Under the pieces are notes generated by a model that was given only the letters and a program-made list of their open reading frames with translations, ran no database searches and was not told the origin of the DNA. Of a DNA stretch of 64,000 bases, positions 1 through 10,234 are shown piece by piece. Origin of the DNA: Gammaproteobacteria bacterium (GTDB taxonomy: Bacteria > Pseudomonadota > Gammaproteobacteria > UBA4575); assembly GCA_965222615.1 (NCBI GenBank), contig CBDCUI010000007.1, forward strand, positions 128,001-192,000, read 5' to 3'. The position numbers and the translations under genes were made by a program. How positions within the stretch are numbered: the stretch's first letter is position 1; each line of letters starts with the position of its first letter.

Positions 1-1
1 A

Positions 2-514
2 AAGGCACTAGATATCGGGGCAGTTGGTATCATTGTTCCACAAATCAAAACTGCAGCTGAAGCAAGACTAGCTGTTCAATCCGCTAAGTATCCCCCTATT
101 GGTGCTCGTGGAGTTGGCTTAGCGCGTGCACATGAGTATGGAATTTCATTTAGTGAGTATTTAACTACTGCAGATCAACAAATCTGTGTGATCATTCAAG
201 CAGAAACCCAAGAAGCTATAGATAATATTGAAGAAATTGCCGCTATCGAGGGTGTAGATGCAATTTTAATTGGCCCCTATGACCTGTCTGCAAATCTCGG
301 TCACAGTGGCGAAGTAGAGCACCCAGAAGTAATCAATGCAATCGAAAAAGTAGTTCAAGCTTGTCAGAAAGAGAATGTGAAGCTTGGATATTTTGGTGTA
401 AATGTTGAAGCGGTACGCCCGTATATTGATAAAGGCTTCACACTTATTACCGTGGGAGTAGATAGTTTACTAATACTAAACAGTGCTCAACAGATGCTCA
501 CAGAGTTACGCTGA
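2..514 (+). CDS. HpcH/HpaI family aldolase (5'-truncated by window edge)
   Basis: Frame open from base 2 (KALDIGAVGIIVPQI...KYPPIGARG) into ORF 188..514; QAET...IEEIAAIEGVDAILIGPYDLS motif. Confidence 0.88.
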   Translation, partial: KALDIGAVGIIVPQIKTAAEARLAVQSAKYPPIGARGVGLARAHEYGISFSEYLTTADQQICVIIQAETQEAIDNIEEIAAIEGVDAILIGPYDLSANLGHSGEVEHPEVINAIEKVVQACQKENVKLGYFGVNVEAVRPYIDKGFTLITVGVDSLLILNSAQQMLTELR

Positions 515-534
515 GACTGCTTTATTTACCCTAA

Positions 535-915
535 ATGCGCAAAATCGTTATTCAAGTTGGTGAATGTATAATACACGCGAAATTACGCAATACAGCAACT
601 GCTGATGCAATTTATGCACAATTACCATTTCAATCTTCTGCACAAACATGGGGGGACGAAGTTTATTTTGCTACACCAGTGAATTCAATTCGACTAGAGG
701 ATGACGCAAAAAATGTCGTTGAACTTGGTGAACTTGCCTTTTGGGTTGAAGGAAACTGTATCGCAATTGGCTTTGGGCCTACCCCGATTTCACACAATGA
801 TGAAATCCGCTTAGCTGCTAAAACCAATATTTGGGCCGATACAAAAGATGACTTAAGCATATTGAAAAAAGTGATACCAGGTGATCCGATTAACCTCTCA
901 GCAGTGGAAGATTAA
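535..915 (+). CDS. Cyclophilin-like fold protein (DUF369/TM1367-like)
   Basis: TADAIYAQLP...WGDEVYF...GELAFWVEGNCIAIGFGPTP motifs. Confidence 0.75.
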   Translation: MRKIVIQVGECIIHAKLRNTATADAIYAQLPFQSSAQTWGDEVYFATPVNSIRLEDDAKNVVELGELAFWVEGNCIAIGFGPTPISHNDEIRLAAKTNIWADTKDDLSILKKVIPGDPINLSAVED

Positions 916-929
916 AATAAGATCTAATT

Positions 930-1289
930 TTACGAAGCAACAGCTTGTCTCAAGCCAAGTAACTTAAACAACACTACACCAACAATTATTCCAACCAGAT
1001 CAGCAGTAAAATCAATCAAACTGAAAATACGATAAGGTAAAAAGTACTGCACTACTTCAATTACCAATCCAAACGTCGCTAGCATCAACATTGTCATAAA
1101 ATACGGTTTTTTTAATTTGTAAGCTGACAGCAATAAAAAAGTAATTACAGAAAAAGCAACAACGTGGGCGAACTTATCAAAATCAGATAATTGTGCAGAG
1201 GCGCCTGGTATTAGAGATACGAACAATATAACTATTACACACAGCCAAAATAATATTTTAGCAACAGAGGATTTAATCACTTTAAGCAA
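930..1289 (-). CDS. VanZ family membrane protein
   Basis: DKFAHVVAF, IEVVQYFLPYR, DFTADLVG motifs; about 4 TM segments. Confidence 0.85.
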   Translation of the reverse strand: MLKVIKSSVAKILFWLCVIVILFVSLIPGASAQLSDFDKFAHVVAFSVITFLLLSAYKLKKPYFMTMLMLATFGLVIEVVQYFLPYRIFSLIDFTADLVGIIVGVVLFKLLGLRQAVAS

Positions 1290-1520
1290 TCAATAATTAC
1301 TAGCCTATTTAGCATGCGTGATGTTGTTTCGATAAACAAGTAGTATTTATCAAAAGGCTCTCATAAAGATTAATCATGCGCAATGCCACCTTCTTAGACT
1401 ACCTCGATTTAGCGTATTTTCAGGCAACTAGTATATTGACTAATATCTAAACATAATCTATATGAATATAAATTTATGTCACAAAATACACTGCGTGTTT
1501 TATTGGTAAAATTTTAAACA

Positions 1521-2702
1521 TTGATGCCAAAGACAAATAAGAATTTTATATTTAGTTGCTTATTCATCCTATTAGTTTCAATAACTTTTTTCTTTACACT
1601 TGCTCCAAGCTATGTCGAAAAATCTCGAAACAAAATTGTGCATACAAATCATCCACATATTCCAGCAAACACAAAAACTTTTCATAACACACTAACAATT
1701 TCAGACCTGCATGCAGATTCACTGCTTTGGAATCGCGATTTAACAAAAAAATCGGACTATGCCCATGTGGATATACCACGTCTAATAAATGGGAACATTG
1801 CGTTACAAGTATTTTCTGTTGTCACCAAGACACCTAAAGGACTAAATCTCATCTCTAATTCAGATAAAACAGATAACATTACGTTGCTAGCAATGACACA
1901 ATTGTGGCCATCAAAAACTTGGAATAGTCTATTTGAACGAGCTAAGTATCAGGCAGAAAAACTACACCACGCCTCGAAGCGCAAACCTGATGAATTTTTC
2001 TTGATTCGCTCAAAACAAGATTTACAGAAGTATTTAAAACACCGCCAAACAAATAAAAAAATAACTGCTGGTATTTTGAGCTTAGAAGGCGCACATGCTT
2101 TAGAAGGAGACATAGACAATGTAGATCGTTTATTTGCATTGGGTTACCGCATTATTGGATTTACACACTTTTTTGATAATCAAGTGGGTGGTTCAGCCCA
2201 TGGTATAGACAAATATGGAATAACTTCTTTTGGAGAAGAAGTTCTATGGCGCATGGACAAACTTGGCATGTTTATCGACTTGTCGCATGCTTCTCCGACG
2301 TTAATAGACGACATCCTCGCACGTAGCTCGCGTCCTCTATTAGCAACCCATACTGGAATACAAGCAGTTTGCCAAACATCGCATCGAAATCTATCCGATA
2401 AACATATAAAACAAGTAGCAAAATCTGGTGGCTTAATCGGAATTGGTTTTTGGCCTGCCGCAACTTGCACAAATGATATCAGTGGTATTGTTAAATCTAT
2501 TCAATATGTGGTGAATTTAGTTGGTGAAGATTACGTTGCACTAGGCTCAGACTTTGACGGTAATGTACAGGTACCGTTTGCTTCTGACGAAATGTCCATA
2601 CTCACCCATGCACTCACAGAAGCAAAATTCACAAAAACTCAGATAGGGAAAATAATGGGCGGGAATATCGTGCGCGTCTTTTTACAAAACTTACCTAACT
2701 AA
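1521..2702 (+). CDS. Membrane dipeptidase (peptidase M19)
   Basis: DLHAD, LEGAH, DLSH, THTG, ALGSDFDG motifs; N-terminal anchor. Confidence 0.9.
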   Translation: MMPKTNKNFIFSCLFILLVSITFFFTLAPSYVEKSRNKIVHTNHPHIPANTKTFHNTLTISDLHADSLLWNRDLTKKSDYAHVDIPRLINGNIALQVFSVVTKTPKGLNLISNSDKTDNITLLAMTQLWPSKTWNSLFERAKYQAEKLHHASKRKPDEFFLIRSKQDLQKYLKHRQTNKKITAGILSLEGAHALEGDIDNVDRLFALGYRIIGFTHFFDNQVGGSAHGIDKYGITSFGEEVLWRMDKLGMFIDLSHASPTLIDDILARSSRPLLATHTGIQAVCQTSHRNLSDKHIKQVAKSGGLIGIGFWPAATCTNDISGIVKSIQYVVNLVGEDYVALGSDFDGNVQVPFASDEMSILTHALTEAKFTKTQIGKIMGGNIVRVFLQNLPN

Positions 2703-2705
2703 TTT

Positions 2706-3464
2706 TTACAATTGACGCAATGGCTTTAAAGTTCTATGGCGAATACTAAATGCTATTTTTTTCGTCCAAATACTCAAATACATTCTTTTGAATAAACGAA
2801 CTCTCTCCCAGAGCGTTTGTGGTGGCCGTTTCGCATTCCTTGGAACATACCAACAATTTTGACGTGTACGTTTAACCAAATGATAACCGTTTTTCTTTAA
2901 AAATCGATGCTTGGTTAAATAAAGATGCTTATCTTCCAATAAAATTAAATTTGGCTTATATTTTTTCAAATCTGTTCCTAATAACACTTCTAATTCTGCT
3001 CCCTCGACGTCTATAGATAGTAGATCAATCGTTTTTGTTTGTGCTTCTTCTAAGATTGAATTAAGCGTGCATGCTTGCACAACGATCTCTTTATGCCGTT
3101 GAAAATCCCCATCATCAATATTCCTGCCAATGGCTGAACGAGCAAATAATTCTTGTTCATTATTTTGAGCATAGGGTATATACAAAGTCATAGACTGCGG
3201 CGCATCTGGATTTACGCACACGCATTCAAATACCTCAGCGTTAGCCCTTGTCTCTCTACATTTTTTTGCTAATTCAGGAATAGGTTCTACCAAAATACCA
3301 TGCCAATTTAGCGTATTTTCTAAATGCCAAGTTTGCGAACCGTGATCGGTAGGGTCATTAGCACCTACTTCGACAAAGTACCCGTTTTTTTTATTATTGA
3401 AATATTCTTGAATTAATTTATTTTCAGCATAGGAACGAGCTTGTTTATCACGAAACTTTGCCAT
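2706..3464 (-). CDS. FkbM family methyltransferase
   Basis: FVEVGAND, WHGILVEP, IDLLSIDVEGAELEVL. Confidence 0.9.
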   Translation of the reverse strand: MAKFRDKQARSYAENKLIQEYFNNKKNGYFVEVGANDPTDHGSQTWHLENTLNWHGILVEPIPELAKKCRETRANAEVFECVCVNPDAPQSMTLYIPYAQNNEQELFARSAIGRNIDDGDFQRHKEIVVQACTLNSILEEAQTKTIDLLSIDVEGAELEVLLGTDLKKYKPNLILLEDKHLYLTKHRFLKKNGYHLVKRTRQNCWYVPRNAKRPPQTLWERVRLFKRMYLSIWTKKIAFSIRHRTLKPLRQL

Positions 3465-3542
3465 GAATATATTTATCTGAATTATTGATACACTAGTAGT
3501 TGCTCAACACTAAACATTATGAGCCAAGGAAGATCTGATTTA

Positions 3543-3944
3543 TCAATTCTTGATAGCTGAAGTTGGAGTATAATTCTTTTCCCTATAGCGCCTGTATACC
3601 ATCTCAGTGGCAATATCAGAAATCAGTTTTTTTGGTTGCTGCCTGCAGCGTTTAATTATTAAATCCGTAAGAATATAAACGTCTTCACCCCAAGTAATAT
3701 CATACACATCATCAGAGGTGAAATTGACACCAGACACAAAACCTGAAAGCCATACAGCACCTAATTCTTTATAGGCAGCATCATTATCGATCTTAACTAC
3801 GAATTCACTACAAGGCATATTCCCCAAACCAACTGCTTCCCAAAAACCTCCACCATATACCTCAGCAAAAGCATAAGACGATTTAAAAACACATAGTAAA
3901 AATATAAATACCAATGTAATTTTTTTTAGTTTAGTCATATTCAC
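3543..3944 (-). CDS. Exported two-cysteine helical hypothetical protein (loosely HdeA/Rap1a-like pattern)
   Basis: Signal peptide; GxGxxxC...WLSGFVSG...CxxxP pattern. Confidence 0.5.
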   Translation of the reverse strand: MNMTKLKKITLVFIFLLCVFKSSYAFAEVYGGGFWEAVGLGNMPCSEFVVKIDNDAAYKELGAVWLSGFVSGVNFTSDDVYDITWGEDVYILTDLIIKRCRQQPKKLISDIATEMVYRRYREKNYTPTSAIKN

Positions 3945-3947
3945 ATT

Positions 3948-4220
3948 TTAAAAATTACACCAAAATGGTGCATCTTCTTTTTTACATTCCTCTTCGGATT
4001 GATTTAATACCCCATCACGATATGCAAGTATTTTATTAAATACAGGCTCGCCAAATAAAGATAGTAGAATAATGATTGCCTCTATACTTAAAATCGAATA
4101 CAAAATATTTTTGTATTTCTTGTCTCGCAGGATCCCAAGCTTAATATAGTGAAATATTATTAATATAACTGTCAAAACAGTTAGTATTACGATTATCCAA
4201 AGAAATAAATTTGCTGCCAT
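3948..4220 (-). CDS. Hypothetical small membrane protein
   Basis: Two hydrophobic segments; tight operon-like spacing with neighbours. Confidence 0.55.
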   Translation of the reverse strand: MAANLFLWIIVILTVLTVILIIFHYIKLGILRDKKYKNILYSILSIEAIIILLSLFGEPVFNKILAYRDGVLNQSEEECKKEDAPFWCNF

Positions 4221-4235
4221 ATTACGTATTTATCT

Positions 4236-4826
4236 TTAGAGATTACATTTCATTAAAAAATTCGCACAAAGATTTCTAGTTGTAAAAAATGGGTGGCCTG
4301 CCAAATCCATTCTTTTCTCTTTAATAAAGCCGCAAGACTCATACAAATTAATTGCAGTTACATTGTTTTCATATACATGCAAGCTTAAACGCTGAATGCC
4401 ATTTTTCAATGCCCTTTGTGAGGCACAGTTGAGTAATTTTGTTGCGATACCATGACGCCGATACTCTTTAGCTACTCCTAGTGTATTGATATACCAACTA
4501 TTTTTAACTTGATTGTCAGAAAAATAACGCATCCACTCGATACGATCTTTACTAAAATAACTCTGCATTTCTGGAGTAAGAGCATTCGCATCTGCAGTAT
4601 AAGAAAATACTAAGCCCACAACGCGTTTGCCATCTAGAGCGAAATCAACATTTTTATAAGAATAATACTCATCCTCCTGCAACACTTTGGTTAATTGTTG
4701 TAATGCAGTCCGGCTTGCTACTAAACCATCAAATAAGTACTCAATATGACCATGGCCAATATCATTAATCCAGTCAGCAATTTGGCTACAATCTTTTTGC
4801 TGCGCTGGCAAGTACTTAATGTTCAC
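4236..4826 (-). CDS. GNAT family N-acetyltransferase
   Basis: YINTLGVAKEYRRHGIA acetyl-CoA motif; NVTAINLYESCGF. Confidence 0.9.
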   Translation of the reverse strand: MNIKYLPAQQKDCSQIADWINDIGHGHIEYLFDGLVASRTALQQLTKVLQEDEYYSYKNVDFALDGKRVVGLVFSYTADANALTPEMQSYFSKDRIEWMRYFSDNQVKNSWYINTLGVAKEYRRHGIATKLLNCASQRALKNGIQRLSLHVYENNVTAINLYESCGFIKEKRMDLAGHPFFTTRNLCANFLMKCNL

Positions 4827-4915
4827 AGCAAAGGAACTTTTACAATACTAACAATGAAATGCTCCAAGCATCGCTGCTTGATGAAGATAAATTCGACCTG
4901 TAACAGATTAATAAA

Positions 4916-5302
4916 TTAGCCTGCCTGGACTTTAGAATTGGTTAGTGAGTAGTTAAGCTTTAATACATGAAACCCTGCTTCATTTTTTGGCCAACTACCA
5001 ACAAATACATGCCCATTTAAACTCACGATTTTGCCATTTTCTGATTGCAGTAGAAATTCTGCGCCGGCAGGTACATGGGGGTGATCAGCGTAAACATTTG
5101 CTTGGTTGTAATCAAAATCATCGCTTAAGGCTGGCACGTAGTCTGGTAGTGAGAAGGTAGTCTTAAAACCTACCTCGGTGTATTTGCGGGATAAAACTTC
5201 CAACATCGCAATTTGCACGCGTAGGCGTTTTGAATCTACATCATCGATAGAGGCAAATTGACCTAAGACCTTTTTTTCTAATTTTGTTAGTGGGTCTGGC
5301 AT
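4916..5302 (-). CDS. Hypothetical protein
   Basis: 128-aa ORF, ATG start with upstream GGA; no function recognised. Confidence 0.6.
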   Translation of the reverse strand: MPDPLTKLEKKVLGQFASIDDVDSKRLRVQIAMLEVLSRKYTEVGFKTTFSLPDYVPALSDDFDYNQANVYADHPHVPAGAEFLLQSENGKIVSLNGHVFVGSWPKNEAGFHVLKLNYSLTNSKVQAG

Positions 5303-5447
5303 AGTCCATAACTATGAAACAACATCACACGATTTTAAACATAGCAAGTTTGACACTAAAATCATAACCATAAGTTATGTTTTGTAGACCACAACACAAA
5401 TTATTAGCTTGCGCCTATGGTTTACACAACCACAAAAAAGAAAAGGT

Positions 5448-5840
5448 TTAGCGTTTAGAGTATTGCTCTTTCTTACGTGCTTTTCGTAGACCCACTTTTT
5501 TGCGTTCTACTTCGCGCGCATCTCGTGTAAGAAAGCCATTTTGACGTAGTGGTAAACGTAGTTCATCGTTGTATTGCAACAATGCCCTAGCGATACCAAG
5601 CTGAATAGCCCCAGCCTGACCATTTGAGCCCCCACCCTTGACCTTTATATCAATGTCAAATGAATTCTCTAATTCAGATACTTCCAGAGGTTGGCGAATA
5701 ATCATGCGCGAAGTTACGCGACCAAAATAGTGGTCTAGTGTGCGCATATTAATCGTAATATTGCCTGAACCGGGGCGTAAGTAGACACGTGCCGTAGAGC
5801 TTTTTCTACGTCCCGTCCCATAAAATTGTTCTTGTGCCAT
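5448..5840 (-). CDS. rpsI: 30S ribosomal protein S9
   Basis: [13 protein letters not shown]...[12 protein letters not shown]...YSKR. Confidence 0.99.
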   Translation of the reverse strand: MAQEQFYGTGRRKSSTARVYLRPGSGNITINMRTLDHYFGRVTSRMIIRQPLEVSELENSFDIDIKVKGGGSNGQAGAIQLGIARALLQYNDELRLPLRQNGFLTRDAREVERKKVGLRKARKKEQYSKR

Positions 5841-5845
5841 ATTCT

Positions 5846-6274
5846 TTAAAGTTCCAATACTTGAGGTTGTTGAGCAGCATGCTTGTGTTCTGGTCCCCTA
5901 TATACCTTCAATTTGCGAAACATCGCTCTACCTAAGGGGTTTTTAGGTAACATACCACGTACCGCGGTTTCTAATACACGTTCAGGATGTTTACTCAGCA
6001 TCTCGCGCAAGCTAGTGGATTTCAAATTGCCAATATAGCCGGTATGGTGATGATAGATTTTACCATCTAACTTATTACCTGTGACTCGCACCTTTTCTGC
6101 ATTAATTACCACAATACAGTCGCCAGTATCGACATGGGGGGTATAGATTGGTTTATGCTTGCCTTTTAAACGAATAGCGATTTCACTAGCTAGACGACCC
6201 AAAGTTTTGTCTGTAGCATCAATAAGATACCAATCTCTTTGCACTTCTTTAGGTTTAGCACTTACGGTCGTCAT
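5846..6274 (-). CDS. rplM: 50S ribosomal protein L13
   Basis: WYLIDA...LGRLA...[15 protein letters not shown]; start moved to ATG at 6274 (MTTVSAK) to match family length. Confidence 0.98.
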   Translation of the reverse strand: MTTVSAKPKEVQRDWYLIDATDKTLGRLASEIAIRLKGKHKPIYTPHVDTGDCIVVINAEKVRVTGNKLDGKIYHHHTGYIGNLKSTSLREMLSKHPERVLETAVRGMLPKNPLGRAMFRKLKVYRGPEHKHAAQQPQVLEL

Positions 6275-6320
6275 AGTGATTAATTCAGCGTTTGTTTTTG
6301 CACACATCGAAAGGCGCGAA

Positions 6321-6349
6321 ATAGTATCGAACTAATCACATGCTTACAA
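6321..6349 (-). promoter_or_regulatory. Sigma70 promoter of rplM-rpsI
   Basis: TTGTAA-17 bp-TACTAT followed by GC-rich discriminator TTCGCGCC. Confidence 0.65.
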
Positions 6350-6369
6350 GGAATTCACGGCCTCAAGAT

Positions 6370-6400
6370 AAAAAAAAGCGCGAATTTTGCAATCCGCGCT
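6370..6400 (-). terminator. Rho-independent terminator
   Basis: AGCGCGGAUU-GCAA-AAUUCGCGCU stem-loop followed by U run. Confidence 0.85.
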
Positions 6401-6460
6401 CAATAAATTATCTACCAGAAGTAGATGGAGGAGTTCTGAAAGTAAAGAACTATCAGAATA
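6370..6460 (-). ncRNA. Candidate ~90-nt base-pairing sRNA with exposed CUCCUCC
   Basis: Own TTGACA promoter, two hairpins flanking CUCCUCC, AU-rich linker, intrinsic terminator; no ORF. Confidence 0.6.
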
Positions 6461-6465
6461 TTCTT

Positions 6466-6494
6466 ATTCTCTAATATAATTGTATTATTGTCAA
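6466..6494 (-). promoter_or_regulatory. Candidate sigma70 promoter of the sRNA
   Basis: TTGACA-17 bp-GAGAAT; spacer contains ATAAT-N3-ATTAT inverted repeat. Confidence 0.5.
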
Positions 6495-6570
6495 CTAACA
6501 TTCTAGCTATCTTGCAAAAAAAAGTTGTTAAGTTGTGGATAAATGCCCTTAAATGGATAGACCCAAAGGC

Positions 6571-6882
6571 TCAGATCTTTAATCGTTCGACAATTTTACC
6601 GTTAATCAAGTGCTTGTCGATGATTTCATCTAAATCACTCTCATCTTTATAGGTGTACCAAACTCCATCTGGGTAGACCACTGCAATCGGCCCTTCATCA
6701 CAACGGTCTAAGCAACCAGAGCGATTGATGCGTACTTGACCTTGTCCCGCGATCCCCAATTCCTTGGTCTTATTTTTGGCATAGTCTCGCAGCTCGCTTG
6801 CCCCGTGGTCTTGGCAACAACTCTTATCTTCGCGTTCATTCACGCATATAAAAAGATGGCGTTTGTAATAAGACATAAACAC
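6571..6882 (-). CDS. Thioredoxin-like [2Fe-2S] ferredoxin
   Basis: HLFICVNER...CC...SGCLDRCDEGPIAVVYPDGVWY. Confidence 0.92.
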   Translation of the reverse strand: MFMSYYKRHLFICVNEREDKSCCQDHGASELRDYAKNKTKELGIAGQGQVRINRSGCLDRCDEGPIAVVYPDGVWYTYKDESDLDEIIDKHLINGKIVERLKI

Positions 6883-6995
6883 TCACCTAGGGCAAACTAT
6901 CAAGTTCTGTTATTAAAATTTATTGTATCAAGGCTTTACAGCTGACCTATTTCCTAATTGGGCCATAGCCATTATATCGTGATATCTAAGAAGAG

Positions 6996-8222
6996 ATGCC
7001 CATACCTAATATTACAAAACAAGATGTAATCAATGCTAGTGATCAATGCGTGATGTGCGGATTGTGTCTACCATACTGTCCAACATACCGCATTCAAAAA
7101 AATGAAGCAGAATCACCGCGCGGACGTATTGCACTAGTACGAGCTATATATGAGAACAACTTACAAGCTACACCAGTTTTAACAAATCATCTCGACTCTT
7201 GTTTAACTTGTATGACATGTGAGACTGTCTGCCCTGCCAATGTAGATTATGCAAAAATTATTGATGCAGGTCGAGAATTCACCTATAAACAACATAGTGT
7301 TTCAGATCGTTTTTATAAAGCATTTTTGTTGACGGTTCTAACTAATCCTAATGTTCGTAAATTTACTAAATTTATCCTCAGAATTTATCACGCACTTGGC
7401 TTCAATCACCTGCTAACAAAGATAAGTAACAACTCTTCACATGCATTGCTTCTGTTTAGATTAATTCCTAAACCTCAAAATCTAAACTTTGTTGAATCAT
7501 CAAAAAATGGGCTTGAAACACAGAGTCAAATTGTCCTGGTTAACACATGTGCCAGCGATTTGCTTTCTGATCAAACAAAAAATGCAGCAAGACATGTGCT
7601 AAATGCATTAAATTGCAAAGTAGTAGAGAAAACCCCCACACAATGTTGTGGTGCGCTGCACCAACACAATGGTGACTTAAAAAAAGCCCATCATTTAATA
7701 CAACAATTCGCAAGTTCCATTACTCATCAGGACTATGATGCATTAATTTCTCTGGCTACTGGGTGTGGAGTTCAATTAAACCGGCATCCAGATTTGATTA
7801 ACAAGCATATAGACATCAACGCCTTTGTATTAGACAAGCTTAAAAATAAGCAGCTAAACTTTAAACCTTTAGCAGAAGTTGTATTCATCCATAAGCCTTG
7901 CACTCAAGGTATTAAAAGTGACAATCAAATTGTAGAGAAATTGCTCAGCAATATTCCCGAACTAGAATTGAAATTTTTCCAAGACAATACGACCTGCTGT
8001 GGCGCCGGTGGCATTAACACGCTAACTCAAGCCAAACTTGCAAATAAAATAATCGGTGGGAAAATCAATGAAATAAAAGCCTCCGATGCTACATATTTAG
8101 TATCAAGCAATATCGGTTGTGTCCAACACTTTCAAGCAAACTTGTACCAAGAAGGCCGAAATAGTCGAAAAAACATTATTGTTTGCCACCCAATAACTCT
8201 ATTAGCACAGCAACTGCTATAA
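6996..8222 (+). CDS. glcF: Glycolate oxidase iron-sulfur subunit GlcF-like
   Basis: Two CxxCxxCxxxCP motifs, ESPRGRI, two CCG domains. Confidence 0.8.
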   Translation: MPIPNITKQDVINASDQCVMCGLCLPYCPTYRIQKNEAESPRGRIALVRAIYENNLQATPVLTNHLDSCLTCMTCETVCPANVDYAKIIDAGREFTYKQHSVSDRFYKAFLLTVLTNPNVRKFTKFILRIYHALGFNHLLTKISNNSSHALLLFRLIPKPQNLNFVESSKNGLETQSQIVLVNTCASDLLSDQTKNAARHVLNALNCKVVEKTPTQCCGALHQHNGDLKKAHHLIQQFASSITHQDYDALISLATGCGVQLNRHPDLINKHIDINAFVLDKLKNKQLNFKPLAEVVFIHKPCTQGIKSDNQIVEKLLSNIPELELKFFQDNTTCCGAGGINTLTQAKLANKIIGGKINEIKASDATYLVSSNIGCVQHFQANLYQEGRNSRKNIIVCHPITLLAQQLL

Positions 8223-8229
8223 TCAGCAC

Positions 8230-8871
8230 ATGCGTAATTATAATACTATCGATAATCTTCTAACCCATATAGATCGTGGTATTCGTACCATGTTTGTTAA
8301 ACCTGATTTTAAATCAAATCCATCGCCTGCAGATACGATCGATACAAAAGACTCACTAACTAAATCTGATCAACAACTTTCGGCACGCCTGATGCGTGTG
8401 AATCATGCCGGAGAAATTGCTGCTCAAGGGCTTTATCATGGTCAAGCACTTACTGCAAAAGATGAAAAAGTCAAACAACAAATGCAAAAATCTGCACAAG
8501 AAGAACAAGCCCATTTGGCTTGGTGTGAAAAACGTTTAATAGAATTGGATGATCATCCTAGTGCATTAACACCAGTCTGGTATTTAGGCTCTTATGCCAT
8601 TGGTGCTACAACTGGAATGTTAGGAGACAAATGGAGTTTAGGCTTTATTTCTGAAACTGAAAAACAAGTAGTGAAACATCTTGATAAACATCTATCACGA
8701 CTGCCCAAACAGGATAATAAAAGCAAAGAAATCTTATTAAAGATGCGTGAAGAAGAAATGATGCACGATAAAACTGCTCAGGCTGCCGGCGCATATGAAC
8801 TCCCCAAACCTGCCAAGCTATTAATGAAGGCTGTCTCAAAAGTAATGACTAAAACTGCTTATTGGGTTTGA
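8230..8871 (+). CDS. coq7: Demethoxyubiquinone hydroxylase Coq7
   Basis: MRVNHAGEIAAQGLYHGQ; ExxH di-iron motifs. Confidence 0.95.
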   Translation: MRNYNTIDNLLTHIDRGIRTMFVKPDFKSNPSPADTIDTKDSLTKSDQQLSARLMRVNHAGEIAAQGLYHGQALTAKDEKVKQQMQKSAQEEQAHLAWCEKRLIELDDHPSALTPVWYLGSYAIGATTGMLGDKWSLGFISETEKQVVKHLDKHLSRLPKQDNKSKEILLKMREEEMMHDKTAQAAGAYELPKPAKLLMKAVSKVMTKTAYWV

Positions 8872-8883
8872 TAGGGCTCTGAG

Positions 8884-9714
8884 TTAGAGCACAGAATTGA
8901 TTCCGTAGAATATATCACTCATTTCTTTTCTAAGCTGTTGTTCAATCGTTTCTAGCTCTTCTCGGCCAAACTCATTCCCGCCTCTTCCAAATAAATAATT
9001 ATCAATATCAAATTCATTCAGAAGCATTTTTGTATGAAAAATATTTTCCTGATTTACATTCATATCAGTCATTCGATACTGTTTTTTAGTTTTATCTGAC
9101 AAAAAATCTTGAATAGAAGTAATTTCGTGATCGATATAATATTTTTGTCCTATCATATCGCGAGTAAACCCACGCACTCGATAATCCAGGATAACAATGT
9201 CTTCATCAAAACTATCAATAAGGTAATTAAGTGCCTTGAGTGGCGAAACGCGGCCACATGTAGAAACATCGATATCGACACGAAAAGTACTGATACCATT
9301 ATCTGGGTGATATTCAGGATAAGTATGTGCAGTTACATGACTCTTATCTAAATGTACCACTGTAGATCTTTTTAGCTCACTTCGCTGCTCTTTAAAACAC
9401 TTATTGTCATCAGAAATTATAGCTTCTGCTAGTGTTGGTTCTTCTGATATCAAGCAAGCAACACTTGCGCCACGTGGTTCATAATCATGACTAGCCATGT
9501 TTAAAATATTAGCGCCAATTATTTCAGTGACTTCAGACAACACATGCTGTAAACGCTGAGCGTTGTACTCATCATCTACATACTGCAGATACTCCTGCTG
9601 TTGTGCTGGGGTGTCTGTATAACAAATATCGTAAAAATTAAAACTTAAAGTTTTAGTAAGATTATTGAATCCATGTAGTTTTATTTTCGAATTTCCAATG
9701 CTCATGTTATCCAT
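8884..9714 (-). CDS. speD: S-adenosylmethionine decarboxylase proenzyme
   Basis: [20 protein letters not shown] cleavage site, DVSTCG. Confidence 0.96.
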   Translation of the reverse strand: MDNMSIGNSKIKLHGFNNLTKTLSFNFYDICYTDTPAQQQEYLQYVDDEYNAQRLQHVLSEVTEIIGANILNMASHDYEPRGASVACLISEEPTLAEAIISDDNKCFKEQRSELKRSTVVHLDKSHVTAHTYPEYHPDNGISTFRVDIDVSTCGRVSPLKALNYLIDSFDEDIVILDYRVRGFTRDMIGQKYYIDHEITSIQDFLSDKTKKQYRMTDMNVNQENIFHTKMLLNEFDIDNYLFGRGGNEFGREELETIEQQLRKEMSDIFYGINSVL

Positions 9715-9726
9715 TAATATAAAGTG

Positions 9727-10164
9727 TTATGAATTTTCACTTGTGGATTCAGCTACGAGTAGTTCATGATCATATGAAATGTTCACATTTGGACGTAGCA
9801 TTTTTATCACGGAACAGTATTTTTCCACAGATAAGTCTATTGCCCGTTGTACTTGCTTCGTATTCAAATCTCGTCCACCTATGAGGTAATGTAAGTGGAT
9901 CTTGGTAAACACTGCAGGAATTTCATCTGCACGTTCCGCCTCTATGGCAACTTGACAGTCTTCGATCAGTTGACGGCTTTTTTTCAGGATTTTTACCACA
10001 TCGAAAGCACTGCAACCGCCTAGTCCAACCAATATCATCTCCATAGGCCGCGCGGCAAGATTTTGACCGCCATGTTCTGGTGGCCCATCCATGATGACAA
10101 TATGCCCACTACCCGTCTCAGCCATGAAGGTCATCGGCTCAATCCATTTGATTCGTACTTGCAT
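9727..10164 (-). CDS. OsmC family protein (YhfA-like)
   Basis: RPMEMILVGLGGCSAFDV...EKYCSV; divergent from crp. Confidence 0.9.
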   Translation of the reverse strand: MQVRIKWIEPMTFMAETGSGHIVIMDGPPEHGGQNLAARPMEMILVGLGGCSAFDVVKILKKSRQLIEDCQVAIEAERADEIPAVFTKIHLHYLIGGRDLNTKQVQRAIDLSVEKYCSVIKMLRPNVNISYDHELLVAESTSENS

Positions 10165-10234
10165 TACTACCGTTTGGCTATTTTTTCGGTCGACATCAGT
10201 AAGTTACTTGCATAGACTAGCTTAATATCTTGTT

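Noticed and set aside
6534-6542. Perfect DnaA box (TGTGGATAA)
   Set aside because: Single box with no cluster or origin-associated genes; not oriC
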